Positions 43,190 through 57,416 of a stretch of 64,000 nucleotides of DNA are shown here, in pieces (positions within the stretch are counted from its first letter, which is position 1; every line of letters starts with the position of its first letter). The position numbers and the translations under genes are program-made. The notes below the pieces were generated by a model. The model did no database searches. It was not told where the DNA came from and saw only the letters and a program-made list of their open reading frames with translations. This DNA comes from Eledone cirrhosa (taxonomy: Eukaryota): positions 24,118,001-24,182,000 of the forward strand of contig OZ024752.1 in NCBI GenBank assembly GCA_964016885.1, read 5' to 3'.

Positions 43190-44630
43190 TAAATAAATGG
43201 AAACTATATTTATAAAACCATATTTATTTCATTATATATATTTCAGGGATATCATATTAACAATATGTTATGCCTTCCTCAGACAAAATACAATATAGAC
43301 AGTTTTATAGATAAATAGATTTGACATACCGTTCAACATCGACTTGTATTTGAAAAAGTTGATTTGGCAGTGAAAAATTGTAAACAGAAAGAAAGAAAGA
43401 GAGAAAGAAGGAAGGAAAGAAAGAAAACGAAGAAAAAGAAGAAAAAGAAGAAATGCATGCAACAAAATAGAGAGATGGAAAGATAGATAAAGAGAAGAAC
43501 TTCATGTAAAGAAACAGAGAGAGATATATATAGAGAGAGGAAATAGATAGAGATAGATATATATAGAGAAAAGTAGGTAGTTGGACATCCGTTGAATGAA
43601 CGTATCAATGATACGTATCAATGATACGTATCAATACATATTTATTTATTTATTTAGCTCTAGTATTAATGTAAGGGAGATATATGTGGTTAGGAAAGAA
43701 ACCAGCCGTTATATAGAGAGAAAAATGAAAAGTAACCAGACATAGGCGAGGCAGAATTTAAACCCTATGTTTTAATGTAGAAATATTAGTTCGTATAAAA
43801 ACCAGGCACTATAATGTAAATATCAGTATTCCTGAATGAGACACGTATCCATAATGTGTGAAAAGTAATGATCTTATGTCTAGTTTTAAAAATTCATGTT
43901 TATATGATAACTACAGACATCGATGTGAATTTACGTGATCAACTCTGCAAACCCCTATTTCACACGGAGAACATTCTCATTGTGCTTTAAAAATTTAAGT
44001 ATACATATATGTGTATATGTATACACATATATGTATACAAGTGTTTTCTAACTAATCGAAAGAATTTTGAGGGTAGATTGGTTTTAATAGATTTGTTATA
44101 GACCGGGTTGTACCAGATATACTCCTTACATCGCCTTCTGTTTGGTGGTGTACGACTATTATTGTGTCTATTGCGGTAGTGTATGTATGGTGGTGATTCT
44201 GTGCTATTTCTACTCCTATGTGATTTATTTTGGGTGTTTTGGTGATCATTGACTATATACTCTATATTATCTAGGTGACCGGCTTTCCTAAGTGCATCAT
44301 CATAATACTCGGCATGTTCTTTGAAGGTTTGTTGGTTGGACGATAGGCGGGAGATTCTAAGAGAAACATTTCTAGGGATGGATTTAATTATAGAGAGTGG
44401 ATGGTTAGAACTCGTATTTACATATTTAAGGTTCTCATTTAGTTTATGGAACGGTTTAATCGTATCTGTATTGAGATTGAAAGTAACATCAAGGAAATTG
44501 ACCTCTTTGAGGTTATATTCAAATGTAATATTTAATCAAGGAAATTGACCTCTTTGAGGTTATATTCAAATGTAATATTTAATCCACTCTCTATAATTAA
44601 ATCCATCCCTAGAAATGTTTCTCTTAGAAT
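43190..44630 (-). mobile_element. PLE fragment (RT thumb remnant, 3' UTR, HHR)
   Basis: rc VNFLDVTFNL..KPFHK..Y.N..SNHP at ~44390-44520. Confidence 0.7.
43225..43290 (-). ncRNA. Minimal hammerhead
   Basis: rc: TATTTTGT-CTGAGGA-AGG..CCT-GAAA-TATATA-TA-ATGAAATA. Confidence 0.8.
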
Positions 44631-45120
44631 AGTGCAAATACCAGCTGACTACTAGCATTGATGTTATTTAGTAGCAATCGAAATCTCCCCCTTCCCCAAT
44701 TGACACTTTATAATTAATACTACTGCACCAAATGACCAGCCCTGTCCACTGTCCAGTTGGTCAAGTAGAGATTAAAATTGGCACTCCCAAAATTCTTATT
44801 TAGATTTACTCATGGTATTCTCATTAAAAACCCATTATATACTTGTTTAGCAGTAAATTATTTTACCATCTGTCATATTCTATCCCCTCTGTTCCTTCCT
44901 CTTTTACTAATATAAATACTTCAATTTTTCTGATTTTATCCAGTTTATCCAAAATCTCTGAAGAAGTGACAACTGATTATACATTTGCTATCGAATACTT
45001 GCTAACATTATATGATTACGCAAGCAGCGATACATAGGTATTCGGTCTGTTACAGAAACATATGTCAATACCTAATAAATTCCTTTTTTAACAAAAGCAC
45101 TTTCATTTTATATTCATCCT

Positions 45121-45295
<175 letters not shown>

Positions 45296-45499
45296 TATAC
45301 ATATATATACACACACATACATACATATATATATATATATGTATATGTGTATGTGTGTGTGTTTATGGGTGCGCGCGAGTGTGTGAGTGAGTGTTTTTGT
45401 GAATGTGTCTGTTTATTTTTGGCATATAGTTGAATAGTTTAAGAGAAATTTGAAGATAATTGTATGATATGCACTCAATATTTTGAATTTGTCTACAGA

Positions 45500-45975
45500 A
45501 TTCTCTAAACCTTTGTCACTTAGTAGAACCTTAAAGAATTTAGCTTTTAAAGAATCTCCCTTTCCTTTAAATCTATCTACCATGACTGACCCCCACTGAT
45601 CTTATAGACACCTGTTAGCTTAAGAGAAACTTAATAATAAGGAGTGGCACCCCATCCTGAACCTGTTTATAGAATTCTTTCTGCCTTTGTTACTCTAAAA
45701 ATAAAAATAAACTATAGCTTTGTAGAATTAGCTTCTAATGAATTCCCTTTTCTATCAACCAATGACCTACACCCATCCCACTCCCCACCCTCTCCTACCA
45801 CTTGTAGAGACCTATAAATACCATACTTATTTTTTGATACCCAGATTCATGATGATTTCTAAAGAATTAAACAGTTCTTGTCCTGTAGAATCTCATCTAT
45901 ATTAAAACTTTTATACTCTGCAATGTATTGAGTACCTTACTTACTGTGGTTACCTCCGATTCACCCCGGAATAAC
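45500..45975 (+). repeat. Solo pLTR with decayed HHR (45843-45892)
   Basis: rc of 38275-38640; core mutated to ATGATGA and TAAA. Confidence 0.75.
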
Positions 45976-45989
45976 GTATATATATATAT

Positions 45990-46038
<49 letters not shown>

Positions 46039-46159
46039 CGTATGTATATACAGACACACAATTATACATACGTAACTATATTCTTCGTTTATTAATGTTT
46101 TGAATAATATATATATATATATATGCATACGTAACTATATATATATATACATATATATA

Positions 46160-46251
<92 letters not shown>

Positions 46252-46401
46252 CGTATGTATGAATATATATAATTATATATGCATACGTAACTATATATAT
46301 ATATTTGCGTATGTATGAATATATATATATATATGCATACGTAACTATATATATATATACGATATATTAACAAATGGAAACTATATTTATAAAACCATAT
46401 T

Positions 46402-46466
46402 TATTTCATTATACATATTTCAAGGACACCAAGTTAAATTATGGTGTGCTTTCATCAGATAAAATA
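46402..46466 (-). ncRNA. Minimal hammerhead
   Basis: rc: ATTTTAT-CTGATGA-AAGCACACCA..TGGTGTCCTT-GAAA-TATGTA-TA-ATGAAAT. Confidence 0.82.
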
Positions 46467-47559
46467 TAATATAGAGCAGTTTTATAAATAAATATTGACA
46501 TACCCTTAAAGAATGCGACCATTTCTGTTGGAAGCTCCCGGATAGTGGGGTTATAAATTTATTTATACTATTATGTAAATTAGTGTCGGATATTTTAAAA
46601 TCAGAGTAGATTGAAATAAGCCGTTGGGTTATGGAGAAAGAGTGAGAGAGAAAAAAAGAGAGATAGAAAAAAGAGAAAAAAAAGAGCAGACTCTAAGAGG
46701 AAAATAAGAAAAGGAGAAAGAGAAGAAAAAAGAAAAGAGAAAGCGAAAGCTCTAAGCGATAGGTTGTTGTATTAGCTTAACTTTTGAAATGAAGTGAAAG
46801 AATAAATATTTAATGGATGAACAGAGAAGTGTAAATAAACGTGAATGGAAAATACATACATAATAGGAGAATTTTAACCATTGTTTAAATATGATTAAAT
46901 GTTTAGTTTATCATTTAAATTATTGAGATCTATACATTAAAAATTGAGATCTATATATTATTAAGAAATCTATATATTATTAAGACTATATATTATTAAA
47001 AAATCTATATATTATTAAAAGAATATATTCATATATATACATACGCAGACACAGATATATATACATATAAATACACTTACATATATATACATATACATAT
47101 ACATACAAACTATAAAGGATTTTTTAATTTAAGATATAGGAATTTTCATAAACTTATAGATTTTTCGGAGAAAATCTTAGAAAAAACAGAGAAAATCATT
47201 TCTATGTAATATCAAAACAGCGTGAAGGAAATTAAGTTATTTACTTATATTAAATGTTACAAATGTTAAGATAGTAAAGGAAATTTTAGGTTATATACAT
47301 CTTATGTTATTATACAATTTTTTTAAATATAAGTTTTATATCTAATAAATCCACCTGTTATGTAGTTGTGACTGTTATTATATAAGTTTGTTTATCACGA
47401 ACCTTAAGAAAATCCTTATAAACGAGTGCAATCGAATTGTATGCATATACATATACATACAATCCCCACATAGATACACATAGACGCACTTACACATACA
47501 GATAGATATGCATCACATATTATATATATATACATACACACACACACATATATATATAC

Positions 47560-48170
47560 ATGGTGGCTGCCAACTCGTTTTCGAGTACGACCACTACTTT
47601 ATATCCATGTAGGAGAACTCCTACTGATGCGCTGAACGAGTGTGACTTTTTAGTCCAGCCAGCGACTTGAAAACTCTGGTACAAACACTACACTTGTGAC
47701 AATTACTGACACATAATGCTGGGCCCATTGTACCCTGTGATGACAAGTGCAGAGAGATCTCCAGATATAAAGCAATGCCTGTGCCGTGAAGCTTTTATAG
47801 TGAGCAAAGGCACTGCACAAAGTCAGTCCCACTCTCTTAACCAAGATGATATTTACCAAAAAGAAGAACAAGTCAACATCATTGGATACCATCAGGGTTG
47901 CAGGTGCTATATCAGAGTTTTCCTTCTCCTAGAATTCTGCCCCGACAAAGGCTAAGGGGTCATCTCTCCCGGTGATTTTGGATGGCCATTGACTCCTAAG
48001 AGCTCCTTTGCCCTTTGACAGGTTTTGTTTTTAGTCCTGCAGGATGTCCAAAGTCACCCTCCTCACCAAGAAACCTTGGTGGGGTAGCCAGTTTAGTCGC
48101 CAACGACCCGACCATGAGACAGGTTATACTGGGATACATGTTACCAGTAGCACCAACTGGTGACCTGGCA
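47560..48170 (-). mobile_element. Probable non-autonomous LINE (RTE-like) derivative
   Basis: GC-richer island; rc contains CTAGGAGAAGGAAAACTCTGA, which resembles RTE-type 5' UTRs (from memory). Confidence 0.4.
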
Positions 48171-49765
48171 TATATATACATCCATAGATATATACACACA
48201 TACATATATATATAGAGAGAGAGAGATAAATACAGTACATAGTATAATTGAAGTACATAATATATATAATATAAAATAAAATAAAATAAAATAAAATAAA
48301 ATAAAATAAAATAAAATAAAAATAAAAAAGAATTATATTACGATTTGGAAATATAATTATAAGCAATATAACTTTAAATCAATATAATTTTAAAAAATAT
48401 TATAGAATATTTCAAGTTATAATTTTAAAATAATAATATGTTTAATAGATTCAGTATAAAAATTTTCTTCGTATGTTTAACTTAATTTTATAGCCATAAG
48501 AAAAAGAAAGAGAAACTTTCAAAAGAGAAACTTTCAAAAATAGGAGAAACTTTTAAATAAAATATTTTCCCCTTTTAAGAGCTTTCAGTATGTTTCTCTA
48601 GAAGAATTTTTTTTTTTTATTTATATTTAGGAAAAATGTTTTTTATAACTTGAGAGTTTAAGCAGTCAAATAAAGGAATCTAATGATTTATCGATAGGTT
48701 CAATATATTAATAGAATTAATTAATTATATATTACATTTTAAATTTATATTTAAACGTTGAGTACAATCTATGTCTGCAGCAACTGAATAAATTATTCCT
48801 TAGGTTCAGGGAATTTTTGGTCTTTAATATAAAGAATATTTCCTCTATACAAAGATCACAATTTTCAGAAGAGAAGTTAAAAGGAGTAGCTTTTGAAATA
48901 ATATTCCAAAGCAACGAATATTTAACGTTCTTTAATTTGAGGTCCCATAATAAGCTAGATAGAAAAGTTGAAGATCTTTTGTTTGGATGTGTAAAGGAGT
49001 TTTTATGGTTATTGAAACGGGATTTAAAATCTGTGAAAGTAGATCCTACATAATTAAATGAATTTAAATTAGTTTTTACATTACAATTATATACTATATT
49101 TTTAGCTAAGCAATTGTTATTTAACGGACAGTTAGATTTATTTCTACAGTTACATTTATCAAATTGGATATTGCTTGGGTTATTAGTGGTATTTTGGTTA
49201 GGTTTTAAATTTCTATTATTAATTCTATTAATATTTTGCGCTAAATTTTTGGTGGATGAATAAGTTAATTTTATAGTATGTCTATTAAAAATTGAGTAAT
49301 ATCTATGTGTTCTAGGGAAGCATTTGTCAAGAGGTTTAAAGAATAGTTTAGCAATAGGGGTTTTAGTATTTAATGAGAAAGGAGGAGCGAACCATAATAT
49401 ATTCCTAGATCTATTTCTTTTTTTTTTCGAATTACTGTAAGGTTTTCTATTATAGTTGTTAAAATTGTTAAGATTATGGTTAGTTGTTATATTATTATTA
49501 TTATTATCAATGTATTTAATTTTATTTCTATACCCAGCTCTACCTAACGCTTCATTGTAATAATGTGCTTTATCATCAAATATATTCTTATTAGCTGTAA
49601 CTATATATATATATATATATATATGAAAAGTGTAAGTTTCTACACAAAACGAAGGTTATAGAGAAAATTGAGGTTGGTAATGGCACATGGAATATATAAG
49701 AGACAGAATACTTTTTGTGAAAAAACATATAATTTTATAAGGTAAGGAAAGAATAAAGGGTATAA

Positions 49766-49813
49766 AAAATGACCGGTTTCGATGGATCTGCAAAAGCCAT
49801 CTTTTCAAATGTT
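49766..49813 (-). ncRNA. Minimal hammerhead, U3-A8 variant
   Basis: rc: TTGAAAA-GATGG..CCATC-GAAA-CCGG-TC. Confidence 0.7.
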
Positions 49814-50857
49814 GATTAATATTAAGAAAAATTAATTTTAAGAAGAGTTAAAATTTGAGATCTGAAAATTCAAGTATAAAATTCAGTGTGGGATTTCATA
49901 GTAGTTTTCATCTTGGCAGCAGCAAGTTGACTGCTGTGTGTCCCTTTCTGGTAGTGAATGAGGAATTATTTGTGGGGAGTGGTTTTTTTAAGGTCAGATT
50001 TAGCAATGGCCAGATGGCCAGCTGCTGGTCAGTGAGGATGTGGAAGCAATATACATACATATATCTCCATGTGGTCGGTAGGAGAGGGGAGAGTGATAGA
50101 AAGGGATTTAGTGCACTTACACCTGTATATACACATACCCTCATCCACACACACATACACACATACATACACATATATATATATATATATGTACATACAC
50201 ATATATACATATATATATATATACACACACACACATACATACACACACACATATATACATACACACATACAAACACACACACACACATACACACACATAT
50301 ATACACACACACACACACATATATATACATACACATACATCCAGATACACACATACATACACACACATACATACATCCACATGCACACACATACACACAC
50401 ACACACATACACATACATACACCCACACACAGAGAAATGGCCCCCAAATATATATATATACATACATATATTTTTTCCATAATAAAAGAAGTTAGAACAG
50501 TGAAATTAAAATACAAGTCATTCTGATCACATTGAGTTCTTCATGTAGATTGGGCCCCGCAACCGACAGTGGTGAATTCTGTGTGCGCATATATATATAC
50601 ATGGAGATATATGTATGTATATTGCTTCCACCCCCTCACTGACCAGCAGCTGGCCATCTGGCCATTGCTAAATCTGACCTTAAAAAAACCACTCCCCACA
50701 AATAATTCCTCATTCACTACCAGAAAGGGACACACAGCAGTCAACTTACTGCTACCAAGATGAAAACTACTATGAAATCCCACACTGAATTTTATACTTG
50801 AATTTTCAAATCTCAAATTTTAACTCTTCTTATTATTAATTGTTCTTAATATTAATC

Positions 50858-50905
50858 AACATTTGAAAAGATGGCGTTTGCAGACCCATCGAAACCGGTC
50901 ATTTT
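50858..50905 (+). ncRNA. Minimal hammerhead, U3-A8 variant
   Basis: AACAT-TTGAAAA-GATGG CGTTTGCAGAC CCATC-GAAA-CCGG-TC-ATTTT. Confidence 0.7.
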
Positions 50906-51006
50906 TTATACCCTTTATTCTTTCCTTACCTTATAAAATTATATGTTTTTTCACAAAAAGTATTATGTCTCTTAAATATTCCATGTGCCATTACCAACCT
51001 CAATTT

Positions 51007-51074
<68 letters not shown>

Positions 51075-51098
51075 TATATATATATAGTTACGTATGTA

Positions 51099-51165
<67 letters not shown>

Positions 51166-51199
51166 GTTACGTATGTATGAATATATATATATATATATA

Positions 51200-51237
<38 letters not shown>

Positions 51238-51518
51238 CGTATGTATGAATATATATATATATATGCATACGTAACTATATATATATATATATATATATAT
51301 AGTTACGTATGTATGTATATATATATAGTTACGTATGTATAATTGTGTGTCTGTATTCATATATATAAATAATTATATCTATAACTAAGCAAAGGGATAT
51401 TTAATTTGTTGGTAATTCAACAAATATATTTATAACAGATTTAAAGCACTCAACTGTTTTACTGGAGTATAATATCAATGATACTAATAAATGGAAACTA
51501 TATTTATAAAACCATATT

Positions 51519-51685
51519 TATTTTATTATATATATTTCAAGGGTACCAAAACCTTAGTACGCTCTCATCAGATAAAATACAAGTTACATACTGATTCCTG
51601 GGTATGTCAATATTTATAAAACAAAATTTGTATTTTATCTGATGAGGGCGTACCAAGGTTTTGGTACCCTTGAAATATATATAAT
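51519..51685. ncRNA. Inverted pair of hammerheads (- 51519-51579; + 51631-51685)
   Basis: TATTTTAT-CTGATGA-G(A/G)GCGTAC..GGTACCCTT-GAAA-TATATA-TA; the + copy loses most of stem I 3' strand at a SINE. Confidence 0.8.
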
Positions 51686-51855
51686 TGTTTCTACTATTGG
51701 CACAATGCCAGCAATTACCCCCAGTGCATTACTGGTACTTTATTTTATCGACCTCGTAAGGATGCAACGCAAAATTAACCTCGGCGGGATTTGAACTCAG
51801 AATGGCAAGGGCCGTAACTCTATGCGTCAAAGTATGGCGTCCGACCCTCTACCAA
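51683..51855 (-). mobile_element. tRNA-derived SINE
   Basis: rc of the 28821 family. Confidence 0.85.
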
Positions 51856-51874
51856 TATATATATATATGAAAAT

Positions 51875-51977
51875 GTATGACCCCGACGGCAGAGCTCAAG
51901 CCGTTTCGACGGCTATTTCTGGACTAAATTAGAATTTTTAGCCTGGTAAATAAATAGCCGAACTTTTCAAGGGGCAC
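51875..51977 (-). ncRNA. Hammerhead, U3-A8 variant
   Basis: Homolog of 18128-18231 with core TTGAAAA and a perfect CGGCTATTT/AAATAGCCG stem II. Confidence 0.75.
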
Positions 51978-52071
51978 TTCCTTATATGGGAAGATAGTAG
52001 TTGTAAAGAGGATAAATATATATATATTTATAGATATACATATTTTCTATTATTGCATGTATTTCTATATA

Positions 52072-52781
52072 TCATCATCATCACCGTTTTACGTCCGTTC
52101 TTCCACGTTAGCATGAGTTAGACGGGTTGTCCTGTTGTGGGCAGTGTCTGGTCGGCTGACCATGCCTTGCTCATACAGGAACTGATTTGGCTTGATTTTT
52201 ACAGCTGGATGCCCTTCCTCACACCAACCTCATTTACAGTGAGAGCTGGGTGCTTTTTCGTGGCGCCTACACGTCCACTTTACAGTGTGGACTGGGTGCT
52301 TTTTGCCGTGGCACCTTCACGACCACCTTGCAGTGGAGGGTGTGGGTGCATATTGTCTATATGCTTCAGCTTGTACCCATGGGAGGTCGGGTACTCTGTA
52401 TTACTGCGTGACGCCAGAGGTCACGGTTGTCTGTCATCGCCTTTGAGAGGTGTAATTGGGTAAGGTCGGCTTTTATCACCTCATCCCAGGTCATCTTGGG
52501 TCTCCCCACTCCGCGGTTTCCATCGACTTCTAGTGCTCTGCACCTTTTTATGCAGCTGTCATCCTTCATACGCATCACATGTCCATACCAACGCATCCGC
52601 CTCTCCTGCACACAGCATTTGATTCCTCTTATGCTCAGTCTCTCTCTCAATTCCTTTATGCTTTGTCGTTCGCGTATATTACTATTACACATCCATCGGA
52701 GCATGCAGGCTTCGTTTCTCTCTAATCTACGTAAGTCTTCCACCTTCAACGCCCAGGTCTCACTACCATGTAACATTGCTG
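52072..52781 (-). mobile_element. 5'-truncated RTE LINE copy
   Basis: Homologous to 59827-60552; (TGA)n tail; GSETW..RWYGHVMR..GRPK.TW. Confidence 0.92.
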
Positions 52782-53064
52782 TTAATATATACATATATAT
52801 ATATATTTTTTTTTTTGTGTCTAATCCCGGTCTTTTTTTTTTAAACCACGATATGCTATATGCTGAACTCCATACTTTGTAGAGTTTTTTTTGGGAATGT
52901 TTTGACTGCTGTTTCTTGTAAACAGACATTCGTCTCATTCTGACGTCACCAGCCATGTTTCTCCATGTGTGTTTATTTTTATAATTCCGCACGAGGTGAA
53001 CTAGCCTGCTTTTAAATTCCTTTTCTTGCATATTTTGGCATTGATATTCTGGTTATCGTATTGA

Positions 53065-53145
53065 GCTCTACTGATGAACGACTCCAACCGTGACTAATCC
53101 TACTGAAAAGATTTGTGAAATAGTCTTTTTAAGACTATATAGAGC
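53065..53145 (+). ncRNA. Hammerhead with long stem III
   Basis: GCTCTA-CTGATGA-AC..GT-GAAA-TAGTCTT TTT AAGACTA-TA-TAGAGC. Confidence 0.8.
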
Positions 53146-53314
53146 ATTTATAGTTTTTCCAAATTGAAGGATGAGTATTTAAACTTTATTTTATTCTGAG
53201 TTAAGACTCTATTGGTTATTTTCCCTGGTTCTCACAAAATCTGTGTATAAAATCTATGTCTTGATTTTTTTGAATTGAGTTTGAATTATTTTCCCATATC
53301 TTATGTTGAAGATT

Positions 53315-54920
53315 TTTTACCAATCTTCAACTTCTCTATCTAACTTACCATGGGACCTGAAATCAAAGAACATTAACTATTCTTTACTTTGGAATATTAT
53401 CTCCAAAGCTCCTTCATACACTTCTTTATCCAAAAATTGTTCTCTTTGTGTCGAAGAAATATTCTTTATACTAAAAAGTAAGAACTCTATTAATTTGAGG
53501 AATAATTTATTCAGTTCTTGCAAACATCGTTTAATTTCAACTTTTAAATATATATATAAAATGTAATATACGACTTATCTCTTTTATCCATATATGATTG
53601 ATATACTTAATTTATTTTCTATTATTACACCTATCGATAGATAATTAAATTCCTTTATATGACTGCTTGAAACTCCTTTAAGGAAAAGTTTTTCTTGAAC
53701 ATTTTTTCTTGAGAGAATTTTTTCTTGAAGAATTTTTTCTTGAGAAATTTTTTCTTGAAAAACTTGCTGAAGGGTTTAAGAAAATCTTTTGAAAATTCCT
53801 TTGAAGGATATATAAAAACTATATTTTTATATTTTTATGTTTATATTCTTATATTTTCAAAGTTTTTAATATATATACAAATGTTTATATATATGTGGAA
53901 AAACATGGGTTTTTTTGTTGTATATATGTGGAGTAACCTATGGTTTATGCTTTAAATATATTCTTATGAACATTTTTTTTAAATGTTCTAACTTTATTGC
54001 AAGTAAATTTATGAGTTCGTATAAAATAACATAAGGTTCATGTTCTAATTACATTCTTAAGATAGAAAATTTAACTTCTTAACTTTATAGCATTTAATCC
54101 TTAGAGTCATCTGAGTTCTTAATAAATCACTTATAACTTCCTTTACACTCCTTTACTGTTTTTATAATATAACTAAGTGGTTATACTTTTGTAAATTTAG
54201 AATTATTTGGATATTTTACATTTTTAATAAAATATATATTTTTTAATAATTTATAATCCTTAACATACACATTTAAACTAATTATTAAATTATTAATTAA
54301 ATCTTTAATCAAATTTGTTCAACCGATCATTATAAATATTATAATCAAAACATAACGAATCCTGCATTATAAATATTATTCCTCCACGCTATCCTCATTT
54401 CTTCTTCTTTCCTCTCACGTAAATATACTTACGCTGTATTTGTCCTTTGTAACTAATATTTTCTCTCACTTAAAAGTATAATTACGCTCTCTCTTCACAC
54501 TATTTTCACTGTCAAAAATATATATAATTGTTCCTTCTTTTTTTCTTTCTTTCTTATCTCTCCCTCACAATATCACCTTCTTCCAAAAGTTTAATTTAAA
54601 TAAACCGTTATCTTTTCAACCTATCGGATCGGACACTCATTTCCATACTCAATCATAACTTTCTATCACCCTCAATAAATGTAATATCTCCACTATCCAG
54701 GAAGCTCCAACCGTTAAGGTTGTCTTTTTTCAGGGTATGTCAATATTTATTTATAAAACTAATCTGTATTGTATTTTATCTGATGAAAGCGCACCATAAT
54801 TTGCCTTGGTGGCCCTTGAAATATGTATAATAAAATAAATATGGTTTTATAAATATAGTTTCCATTTGTTAATATATTGTATATTTACTCCACTAAACTG
54901 TTGAGTGCTTTATATCAGTT
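53315..54920 (+). mobile_element. PLE 3' fragment
   Basis: STSLS..WDLK..LLWNII..CSLCVEE..INLR; terminal HHR. Confidence 0.8.
54772..54837 (+). ncRNA. Minimal hammerhead
   Basis: TATTTTAT-CTGATGA-AAG..CACCA..TGGTG..CTT-GAAA-TATGTA-TA-ATAAAATA. Confidence 0.85.
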
Positions 54921-54968
54921 ATGAAGAGTTTTAAGCTTGTTGAATCCCAACAAATTAAATATAACCTC

Positions 54969-55029
<61 letters not shown>

Positions 55030-55129
55030 CGACCGGCAAATGTGGAAGATGCTGGATGGCGGTTGTCCTCGGCTCTTTGATTTTCAGCCCCATGGATTTT
55101 ATCTATTACATTCACTTATTATATTTCGA

Positions 55130-55187
55130 ATACCTGATGATATCACCGGATTCATACGGAACCCGGTCATTGAAATAATCATAGTAT
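55130..55187 (+). ncRNA. Minimal hammerhead (homolog of 18585-18642)
   Basis: ATAC-CTGATGA..ACCGG..CCGGT..GAAA-TAATCA-TA-GTAT. Confidence 0.7.
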
Positions 55188-55233
55188 AATAAACCTTTCA
55201 AGCATTTACATACGTCCAGCTTCCTGTCATTTC

Positions 55234-55285
<52 letters not shown>

Positions 55286-55525
55286 ATACTTTGGGAGGGT
55301 CATGTTGCCAATAAGAAACACACGCACCAGTTGCTTTCACTTCAATTTAATTTATTATATATTTATAAATTTGTAAATTTATAAATATATAATAAATTAA
55401 ATTGAAGTGAAAGCAACTGGTGCGTGTGTTTCTTATTGGCAACATGACCCTCCCAAAGTATAACAATATCGGTTTCAACACACGATTTCAGATAAAGAAT
55501 CTTGCTAAACAAATTCAGAAACGAA

Positions 55526-55624
<99 letters not shown>

Positions 55625-55754
55625 GATATACATATTTATATATATGAATACAGACACACAATTATACATACGTAACTATATATATGTAACTTGGAAAACT
55701 TGAACCGTTAAGTTACTTTCCTTGGTTATGTCAACATTTATAAAACACACTTCG

Positions 55755-55815
55755 TATTTAATCTGATGAAAGTGTACCAAAGTTTTGGCACGCTTGAAAT
55801 ATATATAATAGAATA
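55755..55815 (+). ncRNA. Minimal hammerhead
   Basis: CTGATGA-AAGTGTACCAAAGTTTTGGCACGCTT-GAAA-TATATA-TA-ATAGAATA. Confidence 0.75.
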
Positions 55816-56544
55816 AATATGGTTTTATAAATATAGTTTCCATTTATTTAATAACATTGTATATATATATATGTACATATATATATGTTTATAGATACAC
55901 ACACACATATCTATGTGTATGCATATATATATATACATATATAATTATATATAAATACATATATATATATATATTTACACACACACATATATATGTATAT
56001 ATATATGTGTATATATATATACATATATATATATGTGTGTGTGTGACAGACTAACGTGGCGTACATTGGTCGTAGTAGTGGTAGTGACAGACCCCCTCCC
56101 CTCCTGCCCACAGCTACAGTAATAAAGGGAATTGTAAGGTAGGTTGTTACACAGAGATGATGACATCTATCATCGTGACCACAGCAACAACAATAGTAAC
56201 AACAGCCATCACCTACCCCGGTGGCCGTTGTAGTGGTAATATCACTGATATTAGTATCTAACCCGAGAGCCAGACAGCGGTAACACCAACAACTATATAT
56301 TTATAATAGATAAACACTTCCCTAGCACAGCTATCACGCCATTGTCAACAGGCACACCATTAAATTGTCCTACTCCACTACTAGAAACCTAGCACAAAAT
56401 ATAGAAGCCTTCAACTGAAGTAGATTGAGAAATGTCCACGACTCCGGGGGGTCCAGTGACCAGGAGGAGACGTGATACATAAATACCACTTCCTCCGATA
56501 ACATTATAAACCGTGAACGACCAATGAATCATGCAGCTCAATCA

Positions 56545-56955
56545 CGTTACCCCTCTCTATATATCTCTACTTTACTCTCTTACCCCTCTCTATATAACTC
56601 TCATTACTCTCTAACCTCTCTCTATATAGCTCTCATTACTCTCTCACCCCTGTCTATATAGCTCTCATTACTCTCTCACCCCTCTCTATATATCTCTACT
56701 TTACTCTCACCCCTCTCTATATAGCTCTCATTACTCCCTCACCCCTCTCTATATAGCTCTCATAACGCTCTCACGCCTCTATATATAGCTCTCATTATTC
56801 TCTCACCCCTCTCTATATAGCTCTCATAACGTTCTCACCCCTCTCTATATAGCTCTCATAACGCTCTCACCCCTCTCTATATAGCTCTCACCACTCTCTC
56901 ACCCCTCTATATAGCTCTCATCACTCTCTCACCCCTCTCTGTATAGCTCCTCTCA
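56545..56955. repeat. ~32-bp minisatellite
   Basis: About 13 copies of CTCTCATTACTCTCTCACCCCTCTCTATATAG. Confidence 0.9.
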
Positions 56956-57320
56956 TCCATTCTATTTCTTCCTTCCTATCATTTCTTCCAGTCAACTCAC
57001 TTCTAGCCAGTGATCTCTGTCGTTTGAGGTAATGTTTTACCCAATGCCGATGGCTGAGGTGCTCAGATACAGGTGAGCAATGTGGCATCATGACACTACG
57101 TCCGTCTCTGGGTCAAAAACATAACACACTTTTTCCTCTGTTTTTTCTTTGCTTATTTCCTTAAAGCTTACCACCATTCCATTGGTATACATCTATTATG
57201 TAATGTACACCTGATGTGGTCACCGGGTTCTTACACAACCTGGCCACTGAAATCTTCATAGTGTTTACAGTAATAAAAAATTAAGGAAATTCAACATATT
57301 TGGCCTCCTGTCATTTCACT

Positions 57321-57416
<96 letters not shown>

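Larger units (their letters stand above)
46360..49600 (-). mobile_element. PLE 3' half, interrupted by the 47560-48170 insert
   Basis: rc WFAPPFSL, CNC..CPL, IVYNC..YVGST, CDLCIEE; HHR at the end. Confidence 0.82.
49625..51010. mobile_element. Non-autonomous element with ~410-bp inverted arms around a CA/TA spacer
   Basis: ~49660-50070 is the rc of ~50598-51010; each arm carries an HHR. Confidence 0.8.

Noticed and set aside
48050-48170. HDV-like ribozyme at the 5' end of the RTE-like insert
   Set aside because: I could not build the P1/P1.1/P2/P3 nested pseudoknot by eye; needs an RNArobo search
56545-56955. CRISPR-like array
   Set aside because: Contiguous degenerate repeats without unique spacers, no cas genes, eukaryotic context
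57207-57264. HHR-like motif related to 55130
   Set aside because: Core reads CTGATGT and stem III is not palindromic; decayed copy
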